A stretch of 64,000 bases of DNA. Source: Candidatus Oxydemutatoraceae bacterium (GTDB lineage Bacteria > Pseudomonadota > Gammaproteobacteria > Poriferisulfidales > Oxydemutatoraceae). The notes beneath the pieces are model-generated. The model saw nothing but the letters and a program-made list of their open reading frames with translations, ran no database searches and was not told where the DNA came from. Every line of letters begins with the position of its first letter. Position 1 is the first letter of the stretch. The stretch spans positions 1,504,001 to 1,568,000 of the forward strand of contig CBDCOZ010000003.1 in NCBI GenBank assembly GCA_965220085.1, written 5' to 3'. Of the stretch, positions 30,007-39,923 are shown piece by piece. A program made the position numbers and the translations under genes.

Positions 30007-31482
30007 ATGCAATTTACGATTACTTCAAAAGCTCCCGATCAAGTCAGCAGCGCTTGTTTCATTATACCGATGTTTGAAAAGCAGCGGGATATTGCGGACA
30101 AGGTCGCGGATAAGAAAAGCCGGGAGCAACTCGACAAAATCATCGAACAATCGGGGTTTGACGGGCAACTTGAAAAACATTTGCTGGCGCATACGCCCGA
30201 ATCGCGACACAAAGCCATCATGCTGGTCGGGCTCGGCAAGAAGAGCGAATGGAATCAATCGCTCTGCGGCCGCGCCGGCAAAGCGGCGAGCGAGCATATT
30301 ATGGCGATGGACCCGCAAAACATTCTGATCGATTTCTCCGGCGTCGCATCCGAAGAGTTCTCGGAAGCCGATGCGGTGCGTCAGTTCGCGCTCGCTCTGC
30401 GACACGCGAGTTACCGTTACGACGAAACCAAGAAGGCGACCAAACCAAAATTGCAAAAATGCGCCTTGTATTCGTCGGCCGATGCCGGCGCGTTGCGACA
30501 GACCTTGCGCGAAGCCGATGCCATCGCCTATGCGAGCGATTACTGCCGCGACCTCGCCAACCTGCCGGGCAATATCTGCACTCCGTCGCACATCGTTGAG
30601 CGGGCGCGCAAGCTCGGTCGCAGTTCGCAAAAACTGAAAGTCAAAGTGCTCAAGGAAAGCGACATGGAAAAACTCGGCATGGGCGCTTTTTTGTCGGTCA
30701 GCCGCGGCAGCCGGGAACCCGGTTTTATCGTCTGCCTGGAATACAAAAACGCATCCGCGCGACAGGCGCCGATCGCGCTGGTCGGCAAAGGGATTACGTT
30801 TGACACCGGCGGCATATCCATCAAACCGAGCGCGACGATGGATGAAATGAAGTTTGACATGAGCGGCGCCGCCAGCGCGCTGGCGACGATGGCGTTCTGT
30901 GTGCGCATGAAATTAAACATCAACCTTATTGCCGTCCTCGCCTGCGCCGAGAACATGCCCGGCGGCAATGCGAGCAAACCCGGCGATGTCGTGAAAACGA
31001 TGTCCGGTCAAACCGTCGAGATATTAAACACCGATGCCGAAGGCCGTCTGGTGCTTTGCGATGCGATCACCTATGTTAGCAGCCGCTATAAGCCGGAGTG
31101 CATCGTCGATGTCGCGACACTGACCGGCGCCTGCGTGGTGGCCTTGGGGCAGGAAGCCTGCGGCTTGATGACGAACGATCAGGAGCTGGGCGATGAGCTG
31201 CTCGCCGCCGGCAAAGCGAGCGGCGACCGGGCGTGGCAGTTGCCGATGTGGGACGAATACCAGCCGCAGTTGGATAGCAACTTTGCCGATATGGCGAACA
31301 TCGGCGGACGCTTTGCCGGCACGATTACCGCCGCGTGCTTTCTGTCGCGTTTTGCCAAAGGACAACGCTGGGCGCATCTTGATATCGCCGGAACCGCTTG
31401 GCTGACCGGCAAAGCCAAAGGGTCTACCGGCCGGCCGGTGCCGCTTTTAACCCGCTTCCTGCTCGATCGCAGCGGAAAATAA
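30007..31482 (+). CDS. pepA: Leucyl aminopeptidase
   Basis: GKGITFDTGG, MKFDM, NTDAEGRL. Confidence 0.95.
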   Translation: MQFTITSKAPDQVSSACFIIPMFEKQRDIADKVADKKSREQLDKIIEQSGFDGQLEKHLLAHTPESRHKAIMLVGLGKKSEWNQSLCGRAGKAASEHIMAMDPQNILIDFSGVASEEFSEADAVRQFALALRHASYRYDETKKATKPKLQKCALYSSADAGALRQTLREADAIAYASDYCRDLANLPGNICTPSHIVERARKLGRSSQKLKVKVLKESDMEKLGMGAFLSVSRGSREPGFIVCLEYKNASARQAPIALVGKGITFDTGGISIKPSATMDEMKFDMSGAASALATMAFCVRMKLNINLIAVLACAENMPGGNASKPGDVVKTMSGQTVEILNTDAEGRLVLCDAITYVSSRYKPECIVDVATLTGACVVALGQEACGLMTNDQELGDELLAAGKASGDRAWQLPMWDEYQPQLDSNFADMANIGGRFAGTITAACFLSRFAKGQRWAHLDIAGTAWLTGKAKGSTGRPVPLLTRFLLDRSGK

Positions 31483-31497
31483 TTACGCTTTTCCGTC

Positions 31498-34260
31498 GTG
31501 GAAAAACGCTACCGCCCCGCCGACATCGAGCAACGCCTGTATCGGGCGTGGGAAAAATCCGGCGCCTTCCGCTGCGGCCGCGAAGGCGAGCCCTATTGCA
31601 TCATGTTGCCGCCGCCCAATGTCACCGGCACCCTGCACATGGGACACGCTTTTCAGGTTTCGCTGATGGATTGTCTCATCCGCTATCACCGTATGCGCGG
31701 CAAGAATGTGCTGTGGCAACCGGGTACCGACCACGCCGGCATCGCGACACAGATGCTGATCGAACGCAAGTTGCACGCACAAAATACATCGCGCGCGGAA
31801 ATCGGACGCGAGCAATTCATTGAAGAAGTCTGGGCCTGGAAAGAACAGTCCGGCAACTCCATCTGCAAGCAATTGCGGCGGCTCGGCGCGTCTTTGGATT
31901 GGGAGCGCGAACGCTTCACGATGGATGAGGATTTGTCGGCGGCGGTGCGACACGCTTTCATCGAGCTCTACCGCGACGGCTTGATCTTTCGTGGCCAACG
32001 CCTCGTTAATTGGGACCCGGCGCTAAAGACGGCGGTTTCCGACCTTGAGGTCGTCGTCAAAGAAGAACAAGGGCGCCTGTGGCACATCCGCTATCCGATC
32101 AGCGGCGGCGACGGATATGTCGTCGTCGCTACGACGCGGCCCGAAACGATGTTCGGCGATACCGCCGTTGCGGCACATCCCGAAGATGAGCGTTACCGCA
32201 AGCTCATCGGCGGGCGGGTTGAGTTGCCGTTCAGCGGGCGGACGATTGCAATCATCGGCGACGAGCATGTCGACCCGGAGTTCGGGTCGGGTTGCGTCAA
32301 AGTCACACCGGCGCACGATTTCAACGACTATCGGATCGGGATGCGCCACCGGCTTGAGTCGATCAATATCTTCAATCCGGATGCGAGCTTGAACGACGCC
32401 GTTCCGCCCGACTACCGTCGGCTTGACCGCTATGTCGCGCGAGACAAACTGCTCAAGCAACTGCGAGAAACGGGATTGCTCGAGCGCGAGGAAGAACACA
32501 CCCACTCGGTGCCGTATGGCGACAGGAGCAACAGCGTCATCGAACCGTTGCTGACCGACCAGTGGTTTGTCGATGCAAAAGCGCTTGCGCAACCGGCAAT
32601 AGAAGCGGCAAACGACGGGCGTATCCGTTTTATCCCGCAACACTGGACGAAGACCTATCTGGAATGGATGAACAATATTCAGGACTGGTGCATCAGCAGA
32701 CAGATATGGTGGGGGCACCGCATTCCGGCGTGGTACGACGAAGATGGAAATATATATGTCGGCGCGTCGGAGGCGGCGGTGCGCGAAGAAAACGGGCTCG
32801 CGCCCGATGTGCCCCTGACTCAGGACGAAGATGTTTTGGATACCTGGTTTTCGTCTTCGCTGTGGCCTTTCTCTGCGCTGGGCTGGCCGCGCGACACCGA
32901 CGCGCTGAAGACGTTTTATCCGACCGCCGCATTGGTCACCGGCTTTGATATTATTTTCTTTTGGGCGGCGCGGATGATTATGATGGGGCTGAAACTCACC
33001 GGCGAGGCGCCGTTCCGCGAGGTCTGTATCCACGGCTTGATTCGCGATGCCGAAGGACAGAAGATGTCCAAGTCAAAAGGCAATGTGCTGGATCCTCTGG
33101 ATTTAATCGATGGCATCGGCGCGCGAGAGTTAGTGGAAAAACACACCGCCAACCTGATGCAACCGGAGATGGCGGAGCGGATTAAGAAGCACACCCTCAA
33201 ACATTTCCCCGATGGCATACAGGACTTTGGTTGCGATGCGCTACGCTTTACTTTTATCGCGATGGCTTCGACCGGGCGCGACATACGATTTGATATCGGG
33301 CGCATTGAGGGCTATCGCAATTTCTGTAACAAACTGTGGAATGCGACCCGCTTTATCACCATGCTGTGCGGGGAGAGGCCGTCCGCCGAAACCGCTTCCT
33401 CCCTGTTACCCGACCGCTGGATACGCGCGCGTATCGCGTATGCCGCTGCGCTTGAACCGCTTGCTTTTGACCTGCTGGCAAATGAAATTTATCAATTCGT
33501 CTGGCACGATTTCTGCGATGGCTATCTGGAATATGTCAAACTGATACAGAACGGCGATGTTGCGGACAACGACAAGCAAGCCTGTCGCGCGAATATGATT
33601 GCGGTGATGGAGACTGTGTTGCGGCTATTGCACCCGATTATTCCTTATGTCAGCGAAGAGCTCTGGCAAATGCTCAAGCCATTGACCGGACAACAGGAAC
33701 AGTGGCTTCAACAGAGGCCGTGGCCGCAAACGGATGCGGCATGGGATGCGCCCGATGCGCTGGAAACAATGGAACGCATCCGGGCATATACCGATGCGAT
33801 CCGCCGACTGCGATCGGAGACGGAGATTCCTCCGAGTACTCCGGTCACCTTGTGCCTGAAACAATGGCAAGAAGATGATCGGCAACTGTTTCAACAACAC
33901 GGAGAGATGATCACAGCGCTGACACGGGTCGCCGAAATTAAATGGCTGGCGGACGATGAGGCGGAACCGGTATCAACGGCAAGGCTGGTCGGGAATGCGA
34001 AAGTGTTGATTCCGCTGGCGGCACGGCCTCAGGATTCGCCGCAAGCGAGACAGGAAGCGCGGGCGCGTTTGATTAAGGAAGTCGCCAGAATCAACGGCCT
34101 GCTGAAGAAACTCCATAGCGAACTCGGCAATGAGAACTTTATCAACAAAGCGCCCGAACGGGTGGTCGCAAAGAAGCGTGAGCAAGCGGATTCCTTTGCC
34201 AGACAACTGGGGAAATACCAAGAACAAATTGTAACATTAGAAACAGCACAAGATAGTTGA
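31498..34260 (+). CDS. valS: Valine--tRNA ligase
   Basis: PPPNVTG.LHMGH, DWCISRQ, KMSKS. Confidence 0.97.
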   Translation: MEKRYRPADIEQRLYRAWEKSGAFRCGREGEPYCIMLPPPNVTGTLHMGHAFQVSLMDCLIRYHRMRGKNVLWQPGTDHAGIATQMLIERKLHAQNTSRAEIGREQFIEEVWAWKEQSGNSICKQLRRLGASLDWERERFTMDEDLSAAVRHAFIELYRDGLIFRGQRLVNWDPALKTAVSDLEVVVKEEQGRLWHIRYPISGGDGYVVVATTRPETMFGDTAVAAHPEDERYRKLIGGRVELPFSGRTIAIIGDEHVDPEFGSGCVKVTPAHDFNDYRIGMRHRLESINIFNPDASLNDAVPPDYRRLDRYVARDKLLKQLRETGLLEREEEHTHSVPYGDRSNSVIEPLLTDQWFVDAKALAQPAIEAANDGRIRFIPQHWTKTYLEWMNNIQDWCISRQIWWGHRIPAWYDEDGNIYVGASEAAVREENGLAPDVPLTQDEDVLDTWFSSSLWPFSALGWPRDTDALKTFYPTAALVTGFDIIFFWAARMIMMGLKLTGEAPFREVCIHGLIRDAEGQKMSKSKGNVLDPLDLIDGIGARELVEKHTANLMQPEMAERIKKHTLKHFPDGIQDFGCDALRFTFIAMASTGRDIRFDIGRIEGYRNFCNKLWNATRFITMLCGERPSAETASSLLPDRWIRARIAYAAALEPLAFDLLANEIYQFVWHDFCDGYLEYVKLIQNGDVADNDKQACRANMIAVMETVLRLLHPIIPYVSEELWQMLKPLTGQQEQWLQQRPWPQTDAAWDAPDALETMERIRAYTDAIRRLRSETEIPPSTPVTLCLKQWQEDDRQLFQQHGEMITALTRVAEIKWLADDEAEPVSTARLVGNAKVLIPLAARPQDSPQARQEARARLIKEVARINGLLKKLHSELGNENFINKAPERVVAKKREQADSFARQLGKYQEQIVTLETAQDS

Positions 34261-35204
34261 TGAACACACGTGAATTGCAGAAATGTCCCGATACTTATAT
34301 GCCTGCCGACTGCCCGGCAGTCTGCCTGCTTGAATCTTTCGGCTTGATCAAAGTCAGCGGCGAGGATGCCGGGACTTTCTTGCAGAACCTTTGCAGCAAT
34401 GATTTTGCCGCAATGCAAGACGGCGCGACATCATTGGGCGCGCTATGCAACCCCAAGGGACGCATGCTGGCGACATTCCGGGCGGTTCGTTGCGCTGATG
34501 CGTATTACCTCGCGTTGCCCCGCGAGATTGTCGACAAGACGATTCGCCGCCTGACTATGTTCGTACTGGCGGCCAAGGTCGTATTGGAAGATGTCAGCGA
34601 TGGCATGCCCGGCATCGGCGTCATCGGCGACGCAAAAGGAGCGGACATAGCCGATGTGCCGGTCATACGCCTTGACGACGGCTTGTGCCCGCGGCGGATG
34701 ATATATCCGCAAGCGATTGATTCAGTGTGGCAACAACTGGTCGCCGACGGTTACACGCCGATGGAGCCCAAGCTGTGGCGGCAATGCGATATTCGCTCCG
34801 GATTCGCACAGGCGCTGGCCGCAACCGATGCCAAGCTGGTACCGCAGATGGGCAATCTGGACTTGTTGGGCGGGGTCAGTTTTTCAAAGGGATGCTACCC
34901 CGGGCAAGAGATCGTCGCGCGGATGCACTATCTTGGCAATCTAAAAAAACGTACGTATATATTTTCCACGCCCGATAATGCCCTGGCAACGGGCGATGAG
35001 GTATCGCGCGCAGATTCTGCGACCGCCTGCGGAACGATCGTCGACTTCTGCGCGGGCGAGACGATTTCTTACGGGCTCGCAACACTCGCGATTGCCGATC
35101 ACAACGCCCCGCTGCGCGCAACGAAGACGGATGCCGCGCTGACACTAGAGCCCTGCCCTTACGAGATTCGCAGCAACAGCCACGACCCCGAAAAAGCGAC
35201 CTGA
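34257..35204 (+). CDS. ygfZ: Folate-binding protein YgfZ
   Basis: KGCYPGQE motif. Confidence 0.9.
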   Translation: MMNTRELQKCPDTYMPADCPAVCLLESFGLIKVSGEDAGTFLQNLCSNDFAAMQDGATSLGALCNPKGRMLATFRAVRCADAYYLALPREIVDKTIRRLTMFVLAAKVVLEDVSDGMPGIGVIGDAKGADIADVPVIRLDDGLCPRRMIYPQAIDSVWQQLVADGYTPMEPKLWRQCDIRSGFAQALAATDAKLVPQMGNLDLLGGVSFSKGCYPGQEIVARMHYLGNLKKRTYIFSTPDNALATGDEVSRADSATACGTIVDFCAGETISYGLATLAIADHNAPLRATKTDAALTLEPCPYEIRSNSHDPEKAT

Positions 35205-35210
35205 CGGCGG

Positions 35211-35498
35211 TTATTTCGGTTTCCAGATGCCGAAAGCCTGCTCGGGATCGACCGGCGCCGGCGCGGGCTGTTGTTGCGGAGCGCGCAGATCGTCGTAGAC
35301 ATGACGGAGAAAGGCTGTCAGCTCGCCCAACAACTCCTGTCCGTCGCTATCGGACATCGGTTGCGAGGCCAGCAGATAGCCGGTGACCGCGGTCATGTAC
35401 TGGGTCGCGACCAGGCGATCCTCGCACATCGGTTCGTGTTCGCACAGGACCGCGACCACTTTGTCGGCCAGTTCTTTGGTTAGTTTAATTTCATTCAT
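35211..35498 (-). CDS. Hypothetical protein
   Basis: 95 aa, RBS GGAAGGA, overlaps the lptE stop. Confidence 0.65.
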   Translation of the reverse strand: MNEIKLTKELADKVVAVLCEHEPMCEDRLVATQYMTAVTGYLLASQPMSDSDGQELLGELTAFLRHVYDDLRAPQQQPAPAPVDPEQAFGIWKPK

Positions 35499-36042
35499 GG
35501 ATTTGTTCCTTCCTCTTGTTACGAATGGTCGCCAGACGAAAAACCATTTGCTCGCTGACTTTTTGGTATAAAAATTTAATCAACTGCTTGCGTTCGTTGG
35601 CATTGCGCGGCGGGTCCAGCGAGTCGTACAAATAGGTATCCTCGACCCGGATTGTCTGAGCCGGCAACAAGTAACGACCGGAGCCGCTGTCCTCGACATG
35701 AAAGGCGATGGTCAGAATCAGCAACTTCTCTCTGGTCTTTGCATAATCGCCGATGACGAGATCTTTCTGCCGCGCCGAGTTTTTTGTAATGACAATACGG
35801 GCGGAAGCATTCTGCGGAGAGCGGATGCGCATGCCGTATGATTGCAGATGCTCTTTGATGTGCCGCCGCAACGGGCCATAGCGCTTCAGACCTTGCAACG
35901 ATACGGTCTTGAGAACGGGATCAAACTGCCGCACTTGGTCTGCGTTGTCGCCGCTCAGGCGGTAACCGCATGCCGACAACAACGATACGGCCAGCAACGC
36001 CGCCGCCGCCCGGCGCCAGTAACATCGGCTAGCGAACGACAA
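35491..36042 (-). CDS. lptE: LPS assembly lipoprotein LptE (start uncertain, 36042 or 36066)
   Basis: Lipobox LSACGYRL; directly downstream of leuS. Confidence 0.8.
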   Translation of the reverse strand: MSFASRCYWRRAAAALLAVSLLSACGYRLSGDNADQVRQFDPVLKTVSLQGLKRYGPLRRHIKEHLQSYGMRIRSPQNASARIVITKNSARQKDLVIGDYAKTREKLLILTIAFHVEDSGSGRYLLPAQTIRVEDTYLYDSLDPPRNANERKQLIKFLYQKVSEQMVFRLATIRNKRKEQIHE

Positions 36043-38461
36043 AATTGAGCAACCTGTCTTTGACATGAACCACCTTGACAATCTCTTTGCCGGCGATAAA
36101 AGGCCGGAGCTTTTTGTCTTCCATGGCGGCTTGTTTGACGGCATCCTCGGTCTCGCCCGCCGCGACATGGATCCTTGATCTGAGCTTGCCATTGACTTGC
36201 AAGACGAGCTCGCAGCGCTCGCTGCGGGCCAGTTCGGCATCGGCAAGCGGCCACGGGCAATGAACGATCGCTTCCTTATGCCCCAACCGATTCCACAAGC
36301 AGTGAGCGATATGCGGCACGATCGGCGCGAGCAACTTGATGATGGCTTCAAGACCTTCGCCCTTGGCATCATACCCGGCGGGTGAAATATCATCATACTT
36401 GCCTAAGGCATTGAGCAATTCCATCGCCGCTGCGATCGCGGTGTTGAAAGTTTGATTTTGATAATCGTTGTCGATTTTGATAATCGCGCGGTGTATGCGG
36501 CGACGGAGGTCGCGCAGGGTGTCGGCAACGGCGGTGAGATTGGCATCGGGCTCAAGCCGCGTGTGCGCGAGCGTCATCGTCCACAGCCGTTTGAGAAAAC
36601 GCGCCGCCCCCGCGACGCCTTCATCCGACCATTCCAGCGTCCGTTCCGGCGGCGCCGCAAACAAAACAAAGAGACGCAAGGCATCGGCGCCGTATTGATC
36701 GATCAACTCATCGGGATTGACCGTATTCCCCTTTGACTTTGACATCTTGGCGCCGTCCTTGAGCACCATCCCCTGAGTCAGCAAGCGGACGAACGGCTCC
36801 TTGCTTTTCACCATCCCCATATCGCGCATCAACTTGTGGAAAAAGCGCGCGTACAGCAAGTGCAAAACGGCGTGCTCTATGCCGCCGACATACTGGTCCA
36901 CCGGCAACCAGTAGTCGGCTTCTTGGCCTATCATCTCATCGTCGTTATCGGCACAGCAAAAGCGCGCGTAGTACCAGGCGGATTCAAAGAATGTGTCAAA
37001 GGTGTCGGTCTCTCTGAGCAGTTCGGCCCCATCGCGCATATCGCCGGTATGGCGAAACTCGGGTATCGCCGATAACGGCAGGATGCCCCGATGAATATCG
37101 GGCTGCGGAGGGAGTTCTACCGGCAACTGCCGGGCGGGCGCCGCCTCAAAATTCTCTCCGTGCCACAACACCGGTATCGGCGCGCCCCAGTAACGTTGTC
37201 TGGACACACCCCAGTCGCGCAGACGATATTGGGTCTTGATCGTCGCTTTATCGCCGAGGTCTTTTGCGATGCGCTCGAATGCGGTTGCAAAATCCATGCC
37301 ATCGTAGCGGCCCGACCGGCACAATACGCCCTTGTCGACAAAGGCTTTCTCTGTGACATCGGGAATGTCGCCGCCCTGAGGGCGAATGACACAACGAATG
37401 TCCAGATTATAGGCATTGGCAAATTCCCAGTCGCGCTGGTCGTGCGCCGGCACCGCCATGATGGCGCCGAAACCGTACTCCATCAGAACAAAGTTGGCGC
37501 ACCATATCGGCAGCCGTTCGCCGCTCAGCGGATGACGCGCAAACAAGCCCGTATCCGCGCCCTTTTTTGCTTGCGTCGCGATCTCGCCTTCGGCGGTGGA
37601 CTGGTTGGCGCGCGCTTTGACAAAATCTTTTAGCGCGGCATTATCGCGAGCCAGTCGTTCTATCAGCGGGTGTTCCGGCGCCAGCGCGAGGTAGGTCGCG
37701 CCCGGCAAGGTGTCGGGTCGGGTCGTAAAAACACGCAAGCGCTCGTCCGAGTCCGACAGTTCAAACTCGATCTCAAGACCGCGCGATTTCCCGATCCAGT
37801 TGGTCTGCATCTGCTTCGCCTGTTCCGGCCATGCATCCAACTCGGCCAAATCATCCAGCAATGCTTCGGCATAGTCGGTGATGCGCAAGAACCATTGGGG
37901 AATCTTGCGCCGCTCAATCGGCGCTCCGGAACGCCAGCCTTTGCCGTCGATGACTTGTTCGTTGGCGAGGACGGTCTTATCGACCGGATCCCAGTTGACC
38001 CATGACTCTTTGCGGTAGGCGATGCCGCGCTCCAGCAAGCAATTAAAAAACCACTGTTCCCAACGATAATATGACGGGTCGGATGTCGTCAATTCGCGCG
38101 ACCAATCATAGGCATAGCCCAGTCTCTTCAGTTGGGCCTTCATATGCTTGATGTTTTCCCGCGTCCAGTCCGAGGGGTGCGCCCGCCGCTCCAGGGCGGC
38201 GTTTTCCGCCGGCAAGCCAAAGGCGTCCCAGCCCATCGGTTGCAACACATTCTTGCCCAGCATGCGCTGGTAGCGGCTGATGGCATCCCCTATCGTATAG
38301 TTTCTGACGTGCCCCATGTGCAAGCGTCCGCTCGGATATGGGAACATCGACAGGCAATAGAACTTCTCCCGTTTGTGATCCGGCTGCGCGCGAAAACTGT
38401 CGTGCCGCTCCCAGAACAGCCGGGCTTCCCGCTCAACCTCCGCCGCCCGGTATTTATCCAT
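36029..38461 (-). CDS. leuS: Leucine--tRNA ligase
   Basis: MFPYPSG.LHMGH, WGVSRQRYWG, KMSKS; start approximate. Confidence 0.96.
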   Translation of the reverse strand: MDKYRAAEVEREARLFWERHDSFRAQPDHKREKFYCLSMFPYPSGRLHMGHVRNYTIGDAISRYQRMLGKNVLQPMGWDAFGLPAENAALERRAHPSDWTRENIKHMKAQLKRLGYAYDWSRELTTSDPSYYRWEQWFFNCLLERGIAYRKESWVNWDPVDKTVLANEQVIDGKGWRSGAPIERRKIPQWFLRITDYAEALLDDLAELDAWPEQAKQMQTNWIGKSRGLEIEFELSDSDERLRVFTTRPDTLPGATYLALAPEHPLIERLARDNAALKDFVKARANQSTAEGEIATQAKKGADTGLFARHPLSGERLPIWCANFVLMEYGFGAIMAVPAHDQRDWEFANAYNLDIRCVIRPQGGDIPDVTEKAFVDKGVLCRSGRYDGMDFATAFERIAKDLGDKATIKTQYRLRDWGVSRQRYWGAPIPVLWHGENFEAAPARQLPVELPPQPDIHRGILPLSAIPEFRHTGDMRDGAELLRETDTFDTFFESAWYYARFCCADNDDEMIGQEADYWLPVDQYVGGIEHAVLHLLYARFFHKLMRDMGMVKSKEPFVRLLTQGMVLKDGAKMSKSKGNTVNPDELIDQYGADALRLFVLFAAPPERTLEWSDEGVAGAARFLKRLWTMTLAHTRLEPDANLTAVADTLRDLRRRIHRAIIKIDNDYQNQTFNTAIAAAMELLNALGKYDDISPAGYDAKGEGLEAIIKLLAPIVPHIAHCLWNRLGHKEAIVHCPWPLADAELARSERCELVLQVNGKLRSRIHVAAGETEDAVKQAAMEDKKLRPFIAGKEIVKVVHVKDRLLNFVVR

Positions 38462-39923
38462 CCCGCTGTTTGGCGCGGCCATACACATCATCAAACCTTT
38501 CTATGTCATCTTCGCCCAAGTACTCGCCGCACTGCACTTCGATGACCCACAACGGTTCGTCGCTTTGATTCTCCAGACGGTGTTTTGTGCCGATCGGGAT
38601 ACAGACGGACTCATTGACACGCACATCAAAAGATTTCTCGTCTGTCGTCACTCTGGCAACGCCTTTGACCACCACCCAGTGTTCGGAACGCCGCCGGTGC
38701 CGTTGCAGAGACAGTTTCTGTCCCGGGTTTACCACCAGCCGCTTGACCTGAAAGTTTTCGTCCATATCAACGCCCTCGTATGACCCCCACGGGCGATACA
38801 CTTTGCGGTGAAAATCGCCCTCGCCGCGCAACTCTTGTTTCAGGTTTGCGACCAGCTGTTTCACCGCTTGGTAATCGGATCGGTCCGCCACCAACACGGC
38901 ATCCGATGTCTCGGCGATGATGTGGTTATTGATGCCGGACAAAGCGACCAGACGATAAGACGAATATACGATATTGCCCTGCGAATTATGCGCGAGCACA
39001 TCGCCGGTAACGAAGTTATCGCCGCTGTCGCGCTCAAACAACTCGGCGATCGATTCCCACGATCCGAGATCCGACCAGCCGAGATCGGCCGGCACGACGA
39101 CGACATTGGGCGCTTTTTCCATGATCGCATAATCGATGGATATGGCCGGGTTGGCGGCAAAATGATCGCCGGCAAAATGGGTGACGTTGATACCCATCAG
39201 TTGATCCCGGCGCTTGTCGGCCCAGGCGGCCGAGCACGCGCGCATGATTTCGGGCGCGTATTTCTCCAGCGCCGCGCGGTAGACGCTGCTGCGGCACATG
39301 AAGACGCCGCTGTTCCAGTAGCAGTTGCCGGCGGCGATATATTTCTCGGCTTGTCGGAGATCGGGTTTCTCGGCAAACGCGCTTACTTTATGCGCGCCGT
39401 TGTCCGATTTGTCCGCGCTCACGATGTAGCCATACCCGGTTTCGGGTCGCGTCGGTTTGATACCGAAGGTCACAAAAGCCCCTTCGCGGGCGTATGCCGC
39501 CGCTTGTTTGACCAACTCGACAAACGCCGGCTCATCGGTCATCAGGTGGTCCGACGGCAACAAGAGCAACAAGGGGTCGTCGGCCTCCTCGCAAGCGAGC
39601 AGCGCAAGGGCAAAGGCGGGAGCGGTATCTCTGGCGCACGGTTCCAGCAATACTTCGTATCGGTCGCCGTCGCTTTTGCTCAACTCTTCGGCGGTAAAAA
39701 ACCGATGGGACTCGTTGCAGACGACGATGACTTTCTTGCTCTGCAAGCGATTGACGCGCTTTAAGGTATGGGAAAACAGACTCTCGCCTTTGACTTGCAA
39801 GGCAAACTGCTTCGGATATTTGCTCCGCGACAGCGGCCACAAGCGGGTGCCGCTGCCGCCGCTGACGATCACCGGTATCACATTATCAACAGAGCTGCGC
39901 GAAGCGTTTTTGTAGTCGGTCAT
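38454..39923 (-). CDS. manC: Mannose-1-phosphate guanylyltransferase/mannose-6-phosphate isomerase
   Basis: GGSGTRLWPLSR, WSDLGSW, RPWGSY cupin domain. Confidence 0.92.
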   Translation of the reverse strand: MTDYKNASRSSVDNVIPVIVSGGSGTRLWPLSRSKYPKQFALQVKGESLFSHTLKRVNRLQSKKVIVVCNESHRFFTAEELSKSDGDRYEVLLEPCARDTAPAFALALLACEEADDPLLLLLPSDHLMTDEPAFVELVKQAAAYAREGAFVTFGIKPTRPETGYGYIVSADKSDNGAHKVSAFAEKPDLRQAEKYIAAGNCYWNSGVFMCRSSVYRAALEKYAPEIMRACSAAWADKRRDQLMGINVTHFAGDHFAANPAISIDYAIMEKAPNVVVVPADLGWSDLGSWESIAELFERDSGDNFVTGDVLAHNSQGNIVYSSYRLVALSGINNHIIAETSDAVLVADRSDYQAVKQLVANLKQELRGEGDFHRKVYRPWGSYEGVDMDENFQVKRLVVNPGQKLSLQRHRRRSEHWVVVKGVARVTTDEKSFDVRVNESVCIPIGTKHRLENQSDEPLWVIEVQCGEYLGEDDIERFDDVYGRAKQRDG

